IMG/VR virus record: IMGVR_UViG_3300047496_000382
Origin: a virus
Reading direction: 5' to 3' (one strand)
DNA: 64,000 bases
Part shown: piece by piece, positions 63,471 through 64,000 of the stretch
Numbering within the stretch: position 1 is the first letter of the stretch
Layout of the letters: each line of letters starts with the position of its first letter
Translations under genes and position numbers: made by a program
Notes under the pieces: generated by a model
The model's database searches: none
What the model saw: the letters and a program-made list of their open reading frames with translations, nothing else
What the model was told of the DNA's origin: nothing

Positions 63471-63982
63471 GATGCAGTCTCCCTGTCCTTACGAAATTGC
63501 GTGAGACGCGTGTTGAGCTCCTCACGCGTAGCCCACACGCCGGAAGTATTCCAAGCGCGCGGAAGATAGAACTTGTCGAGCGCGGACTTCACCAGGTCTT
63601 CCGTCCTGACGTAGGCCCATTCGGCTTCGCACATCGCGACGATGCGAATGCGACACTTCTTCGAGCACGTGAACATCACGCGCATCGGCTCATCCTTCTG
63701 CCGCTGCGCGAAGAGACCCGGGAGCGCAAAGATGCCATAGAACCCGCACCCCGGACACTCGAGAGTGTTCTCGCGCACGCGGAGGTAGACGTACTCTCCG
63801 AACCCGTCCGCCAACGTAGCAATGCCCGCAGGCAATGCAGGAACAGTCAGGGGAGTACTTGCCTTTTTGATATTGTCGAGCACCTCCGCAGGTGTCGGCA
63901 TTCGCACGGTCATCGCCTGGATGGCAGCGACCGGGTCGTCACGCAGAAGAAGCACGGTCTGCTCATCGAGTTTGTACGGCAA
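63464..63982 (-). CDS. Zn-binding hypothetical protein
   Basis: CPGC and CSKKC. Confidence 0.6.
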   Translation of the reverse strand: MPYKLDEQTVLLLRDDPVAAIQAMTVRMPTPAEVLDNIKKASTPLTVPALPAGIATLADGFGEYVYLRVRENTLECPGCGFYGIFALPGLFAQRQKDEPMRVMFTCSKKCRIRIVAMCEAEWAYVRTEDLVKSALDKFYLPRAWNTSGVWATREELNTRLTQFRKDRETASC

Positions 63983-64000
63983 TAGACCTTCACGGTCCGT

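Noticed and set aside
1-64000. CRISPR array or diversity-generating retroelement
   Set aside because: By eye I found no regularly spaced repeats, no reverse transcriptase and no TR/VR pair. Short degenerate arrays could have been missed.
1-64000. Genome-wide TGA recoding (code 4 or 25)
   Set aside because: Well-defined genes (GT, NADAR, sigma, GroES) end at TGA, and many ATGA overlaps use TGA as stop.

Overview
A 64 kb segment of a GC-rich, gene-dense, probably jumbo tailed phage. I saw no host housekeeping operons and no CRISPR array. Two structural blocks lie on the minus strand: tail fibre/spike-like and baseplate-like genes with a GT-A glycosyltransferase (0.6-11.3 kb), and baseplate hub, tube-initiator-like and tape measure genes (44.1-52.7 kb). 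Between them are arrays of small accessory genes and several recognisable genes: an RNAP alpha-CTD-like protein split by a 1-nt frameshift, NADAR next to an R-S-E ADP-ribosyltransferase, DUF932, a one-piece tmRNA (tag ANDNEVAQRLAA), a FliA-like sigma factor, a PolA-derived mini-protein and two HNH endonucleases. Beyond 53 kb are a collagen-like lipoprotein, a GNAT, an RHH protein and GroES. Main signals read by eye: (1) six proteins, including the ART, share an AFxDELxKI[AGS] motif that may be a capsid-targeting or processing signal; (2) 15 copies of a NCAAnn-N14-GG[CG]A[TC]AAGA promoter with sigma28 geometry, often directly behind hairpin-TTCTAG terminators; (3) a second start signal, GTAG[AT]CT 6-8 nt before SD-less ATGs; (4) an ORF-free promoter-hairpin-terminator unit whose loop displays CCUCCU, a candidate anti-Shine-Dalgarno sRNA. 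Product names come from motif recognition only and no database searches were run. The host is unknown; the collagen lipoprotein and GC content loosely suggest Myxococcota.
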